Source of the DNA: Trichoplax adhaerens
Lineage: Eukaryota > Animalia > Placozoa
NCBI RefSeq assembly: GCF_000150275.1
Contig: NW_002060953.1
Coordinates: forward strand, 1,907,723 to 1,971,722
Reading direction: 5' to 3'
Length of the DNA stretch: 64,000 bases
A model generated the notes under the pieces. The model did not search any database, was not told where the DNA came from, and saw only the letters and a list, made by a program, of their open reading frames with translations. A program made the position numbers and the translations under genes. Positions 38,601 to 50,818 of this stretch are shown here, piece by piece; the first letter of the stretch is position 1, and every line of letters begins with the position of its first letter.

Positions 38601-41600
38601 CGCCACTTTGGAGATTAATTCAAATCCATTGAAATTCCGTTGGTGCAGCTAGTAAAATAAACAAAATATATGTTTGTAGTTTAAATTAAAACGTAAAGTT
38701 TGCTTTAAATTCGATTTTTATCTAAAAAGCAATTAAATGATTAGCTAACAAATTGTGGTAAATTTTAACATACCAAGACGTTGCATGATTTTGTCAGTGA
38801 CACCAGTAATTGTCCGTCCTCCGAAACATCAAATGATTGAACACTATCATCACTTAATTGAATAAACATTTCGGACCATTGCTCATAAAATTCCTTCGAA
38901 GTTTTACCAGTGCAGAATTTCGTTTTTAGAACACCAAATATACATTTAACACAGGTAGATTCGTAACTGACTGCAAAATAATCGTCATTAACATAACGTA
39001 TGGCGGTTATAACACAGTCGTTGGAGCTAGAACTATCTTGAATAGGTAAGTAAGTTCCGCTTGCAAGTCGTCCTGGTACTTTAATACTACTTTGACAACT
39101 TAGATCTGGTACGTTCCATATCTAATAATTTATTGGAGTATTAATAGGCAATTAGATATAGGGAGTAAACTGACGAAATGATTTGCACAATTCAGAACTT
39201 ATAAATTACAGATACGTAACCATCTCGATATTGACGGTAATAATCCGATCATAAAAATGTTATTTCTATACAATAGTGAATAGCACAGAGAATAACGCTA
39301 TATTCATATATCAATCTTGCTGGACTAATACTTACCCATTCTACTTATTTCTAAGATTTATTTAGGTTCTTTTGGTAATGTAAATACTGTTATTATTATA
39401 ATATTGCGTATTTGCATCTTTTCAACACAGATCTATGTTCTGATATACTTCTATTGCAATCTACATGATCCAACGTTTGAGTATAATCAAATTATAATAA
39501 TTTTAAAGAGTTACTTTACTAGCGTGACCTACTTCGTAAGTAGATTATACTTTTAAAAGAAATAAATTCACCTGTAGTTGACAAACATTATAGTTTTCAT
39601 CGCCTCCAAAACATTTTGGTTTGTAGTAGGTATTTATACCTACAATCATGCTAGATGTCATAGGTATGAAATTGCAGTAATGAAGATGATCTTCTTTAAA
39701 CGTTGCAGTCTTAAGACATTGGAAAATATCACCTTGTATTTCCCATAGCTATCACGATCAAATTCAAAATGAAGGTAAGCTTAGCTTTTACAAAAGAAAT
39801 CTAAAATTATTCCATTTAAGCCTAAAAGTTTTAAGGAATGGAAAGAGGATAGGAACGGAAGAAGAAATTGTTCATCTAGAGATACTTTAAACTGATTGTG
39901 AAATATTTACTTCCATTTGGTATTTCTATAATAGTATACTGGATACCAATATTTCAATTCAACAGTCATCTTTCAGTTTTACAGGCGCCTACTTTAAAAT
40001 TTGCTATCAGCTACCTTTAAATAATGAAATTATAACTTCAACACAGCCAAACTGTAGCTGACTACATAACTGTTAAACAATAACTACCATTTATTTCGTA
40101 TATTTTATGCACTTTTTTCCAGAAATTATTTTCATAACAATATAATTTAACTTAAACTTTGATTTTACTTCCCATGTCACGATTTCTATCAATGATTAGA
40201 ACTAAATAATTCACTCTCCTATACATGTAGATATAATTTTAACGAATAACATTATACCTATTACAATAATTGTGCTCGATGTTAATCTTATTGCTACGTA
40301 CTTACATATAAAACTTCAAAATTAGAAGAGATGCCAGCACATAATTTTAGGTTAAAGTTTGAAAATTCTAACCGAATGCCATCAAAAGACGAAGAAATTT
40401 TGTTATTTTGATCTCTGAACCGCATTTGAAATTTCATTTCAATATTCCATACATGAAATATTCTTGATAGATATTCACTGTCACGTCTCTTTATGCGTAT
40501 AAAGAAATAAAATTGCATGAATTGAATTTCTTCCGCCAGTACTGCAGTGTAATCTTTCAATTTATTTTATATGAGCATAAGCTAAAGCTTAGTTAGTATG
40601 AAAGAGAAACCAATGGAATGCTCTTTTATTCACTAATTAGGTATGATAGTATAACGTCAAGCAATGGGAACCACACTCAAAAATTGCATTGTTGCTTATA
40701 CTTAAGAATTAATAATAACTTACTGGATTGTTACCGAAACCCATATATTTTCCGTCAGCCGAAGTCACTACACATTCACCACAGGCTGCTGTAGAAAACA
40801 ACACTTTTGTTGTAGCGTAGTCACAAACCTGTTAGAAAACAAGTCTTAAAATTTACTCCTAATGCTAATCGTAACAAAGCAGCTCGGCACGCTGTTCGAA
40901 TATTGACATTGTTACGGATAGATCAAATTTTAATAGTAAAAAATAAAAAAACGTTTGTATGTCGCATTCCTTTTCAAAATAAGATCACCGCGTAGAAAAT
41001 ATCTTATCGAAGGATGATAATTTTCTATAATTTTAGATATTCTTACTTTACTTATTCAGTAAGAAAATAAGATGGAACCTACCGTTGGGGATCCATAAGA
41101 CTTCATAAATGCCACCCTTATGGGCCCATAAATAGGATTAGATAGAGCCAGATTACACGATTCCTTTTCATCGCCAAGTTGTAATGTATTTTGCCATTTA
41201 CCCATGTTTTCAGTAAAACTAAATTGATAAAAATACAGTTGAATCCAGTATCTTAAATTGCAGTAATCAAAGCATGTCCATCCCGGGGACCTTGCGGATA
41301 AAGTAAACAGTTATAGTACTATACCTTAAGTTTACATACGCTTTTCCTTCGTATTCGACTTGTTTTTGAGCTATATCGGTGACCAGTTTATATAGCTGAT
41401 TATTTGGATGCGTACAAATTAACAAAGACTGGAGTAGCTGATCAGGTTTCTTTGATAGAAATACCTCGTTCTTTCTGATCGTCTCATACAATTCCATTTT
41501 AGGAAAGATGCCCTGAAAATGATTATTTGTTCAATTTGGAATAAAATGGACTATGAATCTTAACAAAGAAATGTCTTCCTATCCCCACTTACTGTTCAAA

Positions 41601-44600
41601 GTAATAAGCCATAAATTGGATAATGTATTAATTAATACTTGACTGTTAATAAATCAATTACATCGTACGATTGCTTTCTAGTTATTAATAGGCATAACAG
41701 ACTAATCTAAGTCACACAGTACTCTCTTCAAATAATGTAAACTTTCAGCATACACTTCTACCTTAGTACTATAAGTTAAAATTACTAGAACACCTTGGAA
41801 TGTAAATATTCTTGGCATCGCTGCAAATCTTGGAGTAAGTCTGTTAGAGATTGTCTTATTTTTAAGTTTACTTCTGCCCATAAAATATCCATCGTTAGCT
41901 TAGAGATTAACTCGCCTTCTGATGCTTCCACTAAATGATAAATTAAGTGCTCTTGTATATATTGATCGTGGATACGCCACCAACAATTACCCCATCGAAT
42001 GCGATATAGATTTAATAGTGTATTATGCAAACTCTGTCGATACTGTTTACTGGCGCCTACAGATTGTTGCCCTTTATCTGGATTCTGAAGAAGCAGGTCT
42101 GACAGAGTCCCATGTATCTGGCAATAGCTCCTATACATAATAGGCGATGTTGGTAATGTTTAAGATATGAGATAATCAAGCTGTTAATTTACCAAGATTT
42201 ACTACATGTATTTACTACTGATTCACGACAAATATCCAATAGCTTGCTATTTTTATATAGATTAAAATTTGGACTTACTTTGCATTGTCTTTATCTCGGT
42301 GATATACTATTAGAGATCTACTGTGCAAATCTTTCAATATACTTTCAAGCTGCTGCGATTGATCCCATAACGTTGCTATTGCTGCAACCGGAATCTTTAC
42401 GCTTTTTTTAAATGCTCCTAACAGTCTATAGTAGGCTCCGACCGGAGAAGGGAGTCGATTGATAACAAACTGAAAAACGCGGCATAAACTCGCTGGATAG
42501 TTCTCTGAGGGACCATGGCTATCTTCCTTATTCTGCTGAATAAATACTAGTGCTTCTTTCCATTCCTCCTCCGATTGTAATCGTGCTCCGCCTAAAAGAG
42601 TAATCGCTAAAGGATAGCAGCGGCAATATTCAATGACAGAAGCAATAACTTGATTTGCTGTAATTGTTGACAAGCCAATATTAGGTTGAAAGGAGGCTAA
42701 CAACTGCCAAGATTGCTGGAGTTCAAACTGACCCTTAGCAAGAAAGGAGATTACAAACAAAAAATATTAAACATCGACTTCTAATTGTAAGTTTTCTATA
42801 AGTAATCTAAGCATACAGTAGAGGTAAAAAATTACGAAAATAGCTTTTACTTACAGGAGCTTCAGTTACATAATCAAACTGATGCAATCTTTCACTTAAA
42901 GTAAGTGGAGATGTTATCACCACATTTTTTGCAAATTGAAGATAATCTAGATATGATTCATTTCTAACGTCTTCAAATACAAAGAGTATAAATTTTCTTT
43001 CCATATGATCTGCTTAAAGTAAACCACGTATAATTAATTATAAATGAAAAGCATTGATACATCAAGTGCATTGTGTTAACATTTTATTATTTTGGATCTG
43101 TAATCATGCTGTAGAAGCTACCTTGAATAATTTGGGACTTTTAAAATTATATACTGAATGGAAGCTATAGTCTTTCATATCAGTATCAACGAGCATCTAG
43201 ATTTGTAGTAGATATATAATGTTACACTGTTTATGTGGTAAGGGCTTTACCTGAAAAATACTGTTTTAATGTAAGGCTAATGCAGTCTAAATCTCCATAT
43301 GCTTGTTGATCATCATTGCTTACAGTACGGCATAATTTCCTTAATTTCATCGCTAGATCATCCTTGTTGATGTCACCTTTTGACGAACATGATGTTTAAT
43401 GGAATCGTTAGTGGAGTCAGTAATTGAATAAAATATTATATTAAGCAGTACTTTAAGAAATTTAACTTGACTATATTATTGTCTCTGTTCTTTTAATTAT
43501 TATGATCACTGTAAAAATATGACTACCATATTTTCGATCGCTTAAAGAAACTTAGTATTAAAGGATAATATGCGTATGTCAATTTTTTCTATTTTCAGTG
43601 TAACATTACCATCATAGTTACAGTTCATATATCATAGATTAAACCATTATTTTATATCCAATAGATTCCAACAAAATCTATGCACACTATTTCTAATACT
43701 AAATTAAAGATTGGAGATTGAGTATTCTTTTCATTGTAAATTTTAAGGACACTTCATTATTCATATTAATTCGGACTGATCGAATGGAAGTACAGCTAGG
43801 TAAAATATATTAAGGTCTCACTCAGTACCTGTAATTTATTTTTAAGCTCACCGATTTTAGTCCAAAAAATACCATTAGGAGTAAAGAGATCATTTGCTTT
43901 CACCATGTGTCTTATAGAATTGGCAACTGCCATGGTTTTTCCGCTTCCTGGGATGCCATGAACCAGTAATCGACCTTGACTGAAATTCATTTTCATCAGA
44001 GCCGTTGCTGTAGTGTTAACAAATGAATCACGTACAATAAGATGATGGCTTGGCAATTCTGGAACATCATGGAGGATATCTAGCAAACATGAAATGGCAT
44101 GTTGATGTAATCCATTACAATTCGTATTTACGTGGAGCAAACTTTTGCCCTAAATAACTCGGCCTTGATTGATATAAGACTTTAAATTGATCTTTTCGGC
44201 TAGCTTGAAATATATAATTTTTGATATTTATTTTGGTAACCTCATTTTTAATCTATATGACACTACTTTAAGTTGCTAAACTAACGTACTGACGCTTCTG
44301 GTCAGTTTAGTTGCTGCATCGCAATTGCTTTGCTCAGGTAATCTATAAGTCAATTTTATAGGCATGGGTTTATGGCAGTAAATTGACAGCATATCTACGA
44401 ATTCAAACTAAATCCTGATTAGATGCAGCATAATTTGATGGCTAATATAACTACATTGTATAAAGTGTGTCTACAGCAGCGGTCCAGAAAAGAATCATGG
44501 CTGTAAACAAGGCGGTATTTATAACGAGGAATCACCTAGATTTTCAGGTGCTTCCATATCCTTCCTTAATTTATTGCCCAGAGTTTGCAATGCTGGATTT

Positions 44601-44990
44601 GGATGGTTCTTTAAAATGTTACAGAAGATATAAAACGAACGATCTGTTCGGGTTTTTACAATTTCTATTATATCCTTCTTTATATCTTGGATACTTTCTT
44701 GTTGACGAAACGAATTCACTTCGTCAGCTGTTAAAACTTGAGCCGCTTGCAGCTTTTCGACAACACTATCATCAAGCCAATCCATCTCTTCAATTAATTC
44801 AGTATAATTCTTGGAGATGGCATCCAGAATCGGAGAACTACATTCAAATTCAGGACGACGACGCTAACAGAAAAGTATTGAAAACGTTCGTTTAGCCTTG
44901 ACGCTTATATTGAAATCTACGAACCAATTTTTGCGTATTGCAATCAGAAAATCAATGGCTTACCCCATAGCTAACGAAACCAGGAAGCAT
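35700..44990 (-). CDS. Apaf-1-like STAND protein: CARD, NB-ARC, helical domain, WD40-like repeats (~20 exons; 3' end uncertain)
   Basis: Exons 44990-44964, 44863-44536 (CARD-like), 44394-44290, 44203-44132 and 44079-43852 (P-loop GIPGSGKT) join in phase. Further exons give DLAMKLRKLC, FILFVFEDV, YCRCYPLAITLLG, IHG, YIQEHLIYHLVEA...WAEVNL and QLYKLV...AYVNL, colinear with Apaf-1. WD40-like exons follow (VTSADGKYM, FHVWNI, LWEI, IWNV, FDVSEDGQLLVS) down to ~35860. Confidence 0.88.
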
Positions 44991-47850
44991 TACTTAACGT
45001 TCTTCTTCTATTTCCAAAGGTGAAAAAGACAGTAATCCGATTTACCTTTGGTTACGAAGGCAGATAAACAGATTCAGTACTTTTGTAGACCAACATGAAA
45101 AGAAAGAACAAGCTGACATGAGCTAGTGTAGAGCTACAACTTGACTACCACAGATCCAATTCGCAGGTTAGCTAGCAAGATTGCACTCAATATAAAGGGG
45201 ATCTTACTCATGAAAGAGATTGCACCTTAAGACGTCAATAATTATATTTTGGCCGTAATGCGCATTAGAATATTATCAAAACGTAGAGATGTAAGCAACA
45301 AGCCTTTGGCTACAGAACTACTATACTTCATAGAATAATCTTTTGTGCGTAATAAAATTAATGCCAATGATAGCTGGTAAGACGAAACGGCATTCTTGCA
45401 TTCTTCATAATTCATGGCGTCTAGTCATCAAGGTTTTTTTTCCTATGATATTTTTGTAGTCATTATGCGTTATAAATTGTTTACAACGACACTGTAGGAT
45501 AGTTCGAAGCATGTTGTCATCATGCTGGCAAGACTTGTTTACAAATCTCCAAGGTTCTGTAGCATGAAAAGAAAACAGTTGAAGAGATATTTTATGGGAA
45601 CTTAGATAGGTTAATCCCTCTTGCCATGTTAGTAGTATGAAGAACAGCATTGGTTCAATCAGATTATTTCATTCAAATCTAAGTCGTTTTGCATTGGATT
45701 GAAGGTAAGAACAAATGGTTTGGATATGGACCGCATACGTAGCAAAATGATAGACTCCTTCCTAGATGTGCAACCCGCTGGATTCTATCATCGATCGCTT
45801 TATGCTATGCATCGTTATCCAATCCAATCAACCCTATGGAAAATGGCTTCTGATTGGGCATCACAACAACGACTTTAGGGAATTAGATTCTCATTCACTT
45901 TTTGTCCGTTTTACAATGGTCATCTACTGAGCTTAGGATCATGCCCAAGTCTGCTCGATTACTTGATGCAATATTTATTATACCTGTACGACAACAGGAA
46001 CTTGAGTCTAGGGTGGATTGGCAAGGCCTTGCTTGGCGTTGTATTCACCTTAAGAACGAAAAGAAGACACTTATTATCAAGGCTGTTCACTTCTAAATTA
46101 GCAAATCTTCACTTTTGGATGCAGATAGAAGGCTATTAAGTAGTATCAGTTGATCATTATCCATCCTACCTTGTTCAAGTTGCCACTAGATCTAACCTAC
46201 GCAGTGTGCATGTGTTGCTTTTTAATCCACTCAAAAACAAACAGTACGCAAATTGCAAGGCTACGTCATAACTACACCAGTAAAGTAATTGGCTTAAGCT
46301 CCATAAATTTGCATCCAGTTTAAAATAGCATCCAATAAAACAATCATTGTACTATAACGTGACGAAAAATATGTTATGATTTGGAGTAGAGAAAGAATTT
46401 AAATTAGATTCTACTATGTACTTAACACCACACCCTCTACTTTCTGTCCAAATTAGAGCGATTTGCATACGATAATATATGTGTATAATTATTGCAGCGG
46501 AGCTACGGATTAGATTTAGGATTGCGTTTAAATCATATTTAGTTTTCCATTTTCTGGCCCAGTTAGAGCTGACCTGAAATGATTTAGGATCAATTCGACT
46601 AGGCGTCAAAATTCAATGCTGTTTCTGAGCCAGATCTGGCGAATTACAATAAAATTTAGTGGCTCTACCTATTCGGACTGATTCATGATTTGCATATCCT
46701 AGGAAATGAATGACTGCAGCCTAGCTAAAGATTGCAATTAGGATTATGTTTCAACTATAATTACTTTTCCTATTATCTGGCCAAATTAGAGCTGGCCTGG
46801 AGTGATTTGCATACGATAGGAAACGAATTACTTCGGCGAAGCGAAGGATTAAATTTGTGGATTACTAGTAGATTATACGTTCTAAACTATACTCAATATC
46901 TCATATGCGATTGGCTACTGAAGTACACTCATATGACATGCATCATCCTATGATTCCAAGTTAAGACTGGTAGAAACTATTTTAATTATCTTTAGATAGT
47001 GTTATTCATGGACTAAAATTTTAAAGTATGAGTTACCAAGCCTGTCTTTCTCTACTTTTAAAATTCATTCATGAAATGTACTTGAAAACATATTTATATC
47101 GCGTTGGCTGCAAGATTGCTGAGATGATGATCATACATGACTTATAAAACACATTAACAGTCTTGTATCACGAACTACTTCCTGACAAATATAATCGTCT
47201 AACGGAAAGCACTTACTTTGAGCTGCTTTTATAGATTACTACCCTCATCGGCCGAAAGATCTAAGAACAACACTTTTAGAAGGCTCACAATCAGTAAATA
47301 CTCTGTACTATAATCTACAAAACAGCTTTATACTATAGCACTAAAACATTGTTAGTAACAATACTTTCTTAAGTTTTATAAATTTAGGCAACGTAGTAGC
47401 GTAATAGCCTGTAATATAATCACTGATTATGATTATGATTGCATTGCGTAACACTTAGAATCTGAGATGATATGAAATCAACAATCTCAATGTCCTTCTA
47501 TCAGCCTCTGGTAAGCTTGGACGTGAAATTAGTCATCGTAACTAGTTAGAAAGTTAGAATGCTTGTTTTCTTTTTTAAGAATAACTCTCACTACATCTGA
47601 GATTGATAATATCCATTAGCAATACTGCCTTGTTGACATTAATCAATGTCAGCAGAATGCTTCTGACACTAAATAAATAGGATGGAAATCATGTATAATA
47701 GCAGTAGACAACTGACGAAAGAATGGTAATGTACACTACTGACATAGGTATTCTTGATCTTAAGCAATGAAAATATTAACCTCAACTATAAGTACTTATA
47801 ATCTTGTTGTTGTTTTTGCTAATTGTAAAGGTGTAATAGATTCCAGTATG
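43936..47850. repeat. Source segment of the segmental duplication at 61849-64000
   Basis: 43936-44735 matches 61849-62648 and 46502-47850 matches 62649-64000, with only scattered differences. Confidence 0.97.
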
Positions 47851-49330
47851 AGCTTAACCCAGGCCTAAATTCAACCTAAAGTTATTTTAGCCAATCTATC
47901 TGGAAAGGGATAAATTCTAAACTTTTTTCAATCATGTTGTACAGGCCATAAGTTGAATGCGTAAGACTAGCTCAAAGATTGATTCTTTCCATTTACGAGT
48001 ATCATAAAATAAAATACCATTACAACTAGCAACAAGCACAATTTTTGATGTTTATTTCTGCAGTCCAAAAGTAAAGTTTCAACTGAAAATAATCCATATT
48101 CAAGTGGTTATAGAACTGCATGTTTATCTAACCATAATAATTAGGAATGCTAATTTGTGTAACATTTAAGAAGTCACGTTTTCAATCACTGCAAAACTAG
48201 ACACAATTTTTAATATGCATATAGTTCGAAAATTTTACCGAAAGGCAACTTTGCTTCTTAATTAGAAAATATGCATGAAGATGTAATTTATTGTTTGTGT
48301 CTTTATTAAAAAGTGATATTGTATTTAAAAATGTGGAATAAAGACTGAGCAGTAAATATAGATCTACTAATAGCGACCATCATTTAATTTGAATGTATAG
48401 CTTGTTTGCAGTAATTAAGGTCTTTCAGCTCAAGTTATGCCTTAGATCTCTGTTATTATTTCAGTTGTTTTGCCATGGGATTTATAAAATGTACTTGTAA
48501 AAAGAGGCGCGCAAAGGATGTATCAAGTCTTGTTTGCATGGAAGAATGCATGTGATTGCTAGGATTTTAGTAGTAATGTATTCAATGCTAAAAGTAAGTT
48601 ATTTTCTATTGCTCTCGATCAAGCGATCTCAGCTGTTCAGCTCGATTTACTCTTAGGAGATTGTAATTCCTGAGTCATCAGTCTACAATCTAGGATCTAC
48701 GTGTACCACGAAATTTCAAAGTTTCGATTAAGTTCAGTGCAGCAAGTTAGTAAATCGAGTATTAGTTAACCTAAGGTCAGTAAGTTGTTATGTAAATTAG
48801 TGAAGTAATTATCGCACATAGGTTACTAAGTTAGTCAACGAATTAGTGGAATAATTATCGTAGATTATCTGATAGTCGGATTAAATTGTGAGCTATCCTA
48901 GCTCCGCATGGTCGATATACTGAACAGTAACAATCTTAATGACAACGAAAATAATTGTAATTAAATCGTAGCAAAAGAAAGATTCTAAAACATGGATAGT
49001 CGTAAACACTTATTAAAAAATCTTCATATATTCAACCCATGAACAATATTTGTGAAATCTTTTAAATCCGCAGTTTATTAAATATGCAATAATAATTCTG
49101 ACATATTGCAAATCTGGATAGGACTGTAAAATTGAATAAGCAAACAAAGTCTTGCTGTTGCAACGCTAGTCTGTAGGATAATATTGCGCGGTCTCATTTC
49201 TTTACTAATGGAATTAATCGACTTATAAGGTGATTAATACTACTTTTAGTTTTGAAACAACTGAAGAATCTTATAATTTATTGAATATCCGATACGACTT
49301 GTAAATGAATCTAATGTTGCTTAGAAGTTG

Positions 49331-50818
49331 TTACTTGCGCTCCTTGAGAGATATCCATATTCCATTTTGGCTTTTCAAAACTCCACCTGGAATGTGCTTA
49401 AAGGTTGTCTGATTGGTAGCTATATCAAAACGTTGCAAGATTCTAGCCGCTACCGCTTTCACTTCTTGGAAGGCAAAATTTTGTCCAATACAGTTTCGAC
49501 TTCCTATAGCAAAGGGTATATAAACATAGGCATCTCGACTGTTAGAATTCTCAGGTGTAAAACGTAGTGGATCATAGGTCCATGGATCTTTCCACCATCT
49601 CGAATCATGATGATAGACGTAAGCTGGAACTTCAATATCCATTCCTTTAGGAAATTTGACTCCACCAACAGTCATACCTTCTGCTAACGTATATCCAAGA
49701 AGCGGAACTGTCGTATGCAATCGTTGTGATTCTTTAATACATAACGTTAAATAGGGTAGAGACGACAAGTCCTCCCATGCTATTTCAGTTCTGTCACCAA
49801 GAACGTTGTCTATCTCCTCTTGACATTTCTTTTGATAATCTGGATTACTCGCTAAACTATAGAGTAACCAGGATATTGATGTGGATGTTGTATCGTGTCC
49901 TGCAAATAAAAATGTTATCACTTCATCAGCCATCTCATCGAGTGTCATTCCTACACCATCGCTATCCTTGGCTGTGAGTAAAATATCTAGAAAGTCCAAG
50001 TGTTTCCTTTCTTCGTTAATGCCATCTTGATTTTCCAAATCAGCTTGACGTTCAAGTATAATTTCCTTAGCGAATTGTTTACAATAATGAACATTGGAGT
50101 AAAATTTTTTCCCCTCTGTAGTTAATTTATAAATCAACTTGCTGACATAGAGTGGATTTTGCGCTCTAGCTTCCACAAAGAGAGAGTTTTCGTGGCATGC
50201 TGTTAAGAATCGATGCCTAAAACCTTCTGCTTGCGGATTTAACTTTGTAGAGCAAGCACACTGTAAGATAATATCAAAAGTGCATAAGCTCATATCTTCT
50301 CGAACTTCGAAAGGTTTACTTTCTACAGCTAGTTTTGACCATTTATTCATTAAGATATCGATACATTCATTATAGACAACCAGATAGGTCTTCAAAATAT
50401 CAAAGTGAAATCCAGGTGTTAATAATTTTCGATTTCTTGACCACTGCTTTCCATTAGTGAATAAAAGTCCAGACCCAGTCCACTCCTTATAAATTCGTTG
50501 AACGACTGTTTCTTTCGTATTACATGGTTTGATAAATTTTTTGGCCACAAGAGGGCTGCTCAATACTAATGTAGGATTGGTAATACCATACCAAATAGGA
50601 AACATATTAGGATAAGCTTGGCACAATTTAGTAAGACCTTCTAGGTAATCTTCCAATGTGCCCACATCATCTAGATTTCCAAGTAGCCAGTGCGCTTTGG
50701 GGCCAGGAACCTTTCTTAGGGCTACCCATATGCGATTAGTTTCCATCAACCAAGGAAGGGTTGATTTTAGAAAAATGAGCGCCGTTGCTAAAATGATTGA
50801 TATTAAAATAATGTCCAT
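49331..50818 (-). CDS. Cytochrome P450, clan 4, intronless, 495 aa (copy 2)
   Basis: WSRNRKLLTPGFHF, FLFAGHDTT, KESQR, DPLRF, PFAIGSRNCIG. Confidence 0.97.
   Translation of the reverse strand: MDIILISIILATALIFLKSTLPWLMETNRIWVALRKVPGPKAHWLLGNLDDVGTLEDYLEGLTKLCQAYPNMFPIWYGITNPTLVLSSPLVAKKFIKPCNTKETVVQRIYKEWTGSGLLFTNGKQWSRNRKLLTPGFHFDILKTYLVVYNECIDILMNKWSKLAVESKPFEVREDMSLCTFDIILQCACSTKLNPQAEGFRHRFLTACHENSLFVEARAQNPLYVSKLIYKLTTEGKKFYSNVHYCKQFAKEIILERQADLENQDGINEERKHLDFLDILLTAKDSDGVGMTLDEMADEVITFLFAGHDTTSTSISWLLYSLASNPDYQKKCQEEIDNVLGDRTEIAWEDLSSLPYLTLCIKESQRLHTTVPLLGYTLAEGMTVGGVKFPKGMDIEVPAYVYHHDSRWWKDPWTYDPLRFTPENSNSRDAYVYIPFAIGSRNCIGQNFAFQEVKAVAARILQRFDIATNQTTFKHIPGGVLKSQNGIWISLKERK

Noticed and set aside
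44290-44342. Stop-codon readthrough between CARD and NB-ARC (53-nt exon with in-frame TGA-C)
   Set aside because: An upstream acceptor at 44395 gives a 105-nt open exon in another frame that joins the next exons in phase. A synonymous ACT/ACC difference in the duplicate supports that frame.
44467-44895. 142-aa plus-strand ORF (and its copy at 62380-62724)
   Set aside because: Antisense shadow of the CARD exon with no recognisable motifs.
35700-44990. Assigning the symbol APAF1
   Set aside because: The architecture matches, but the sequence is very divergent and orthology cannot be shown without a phylogeny.
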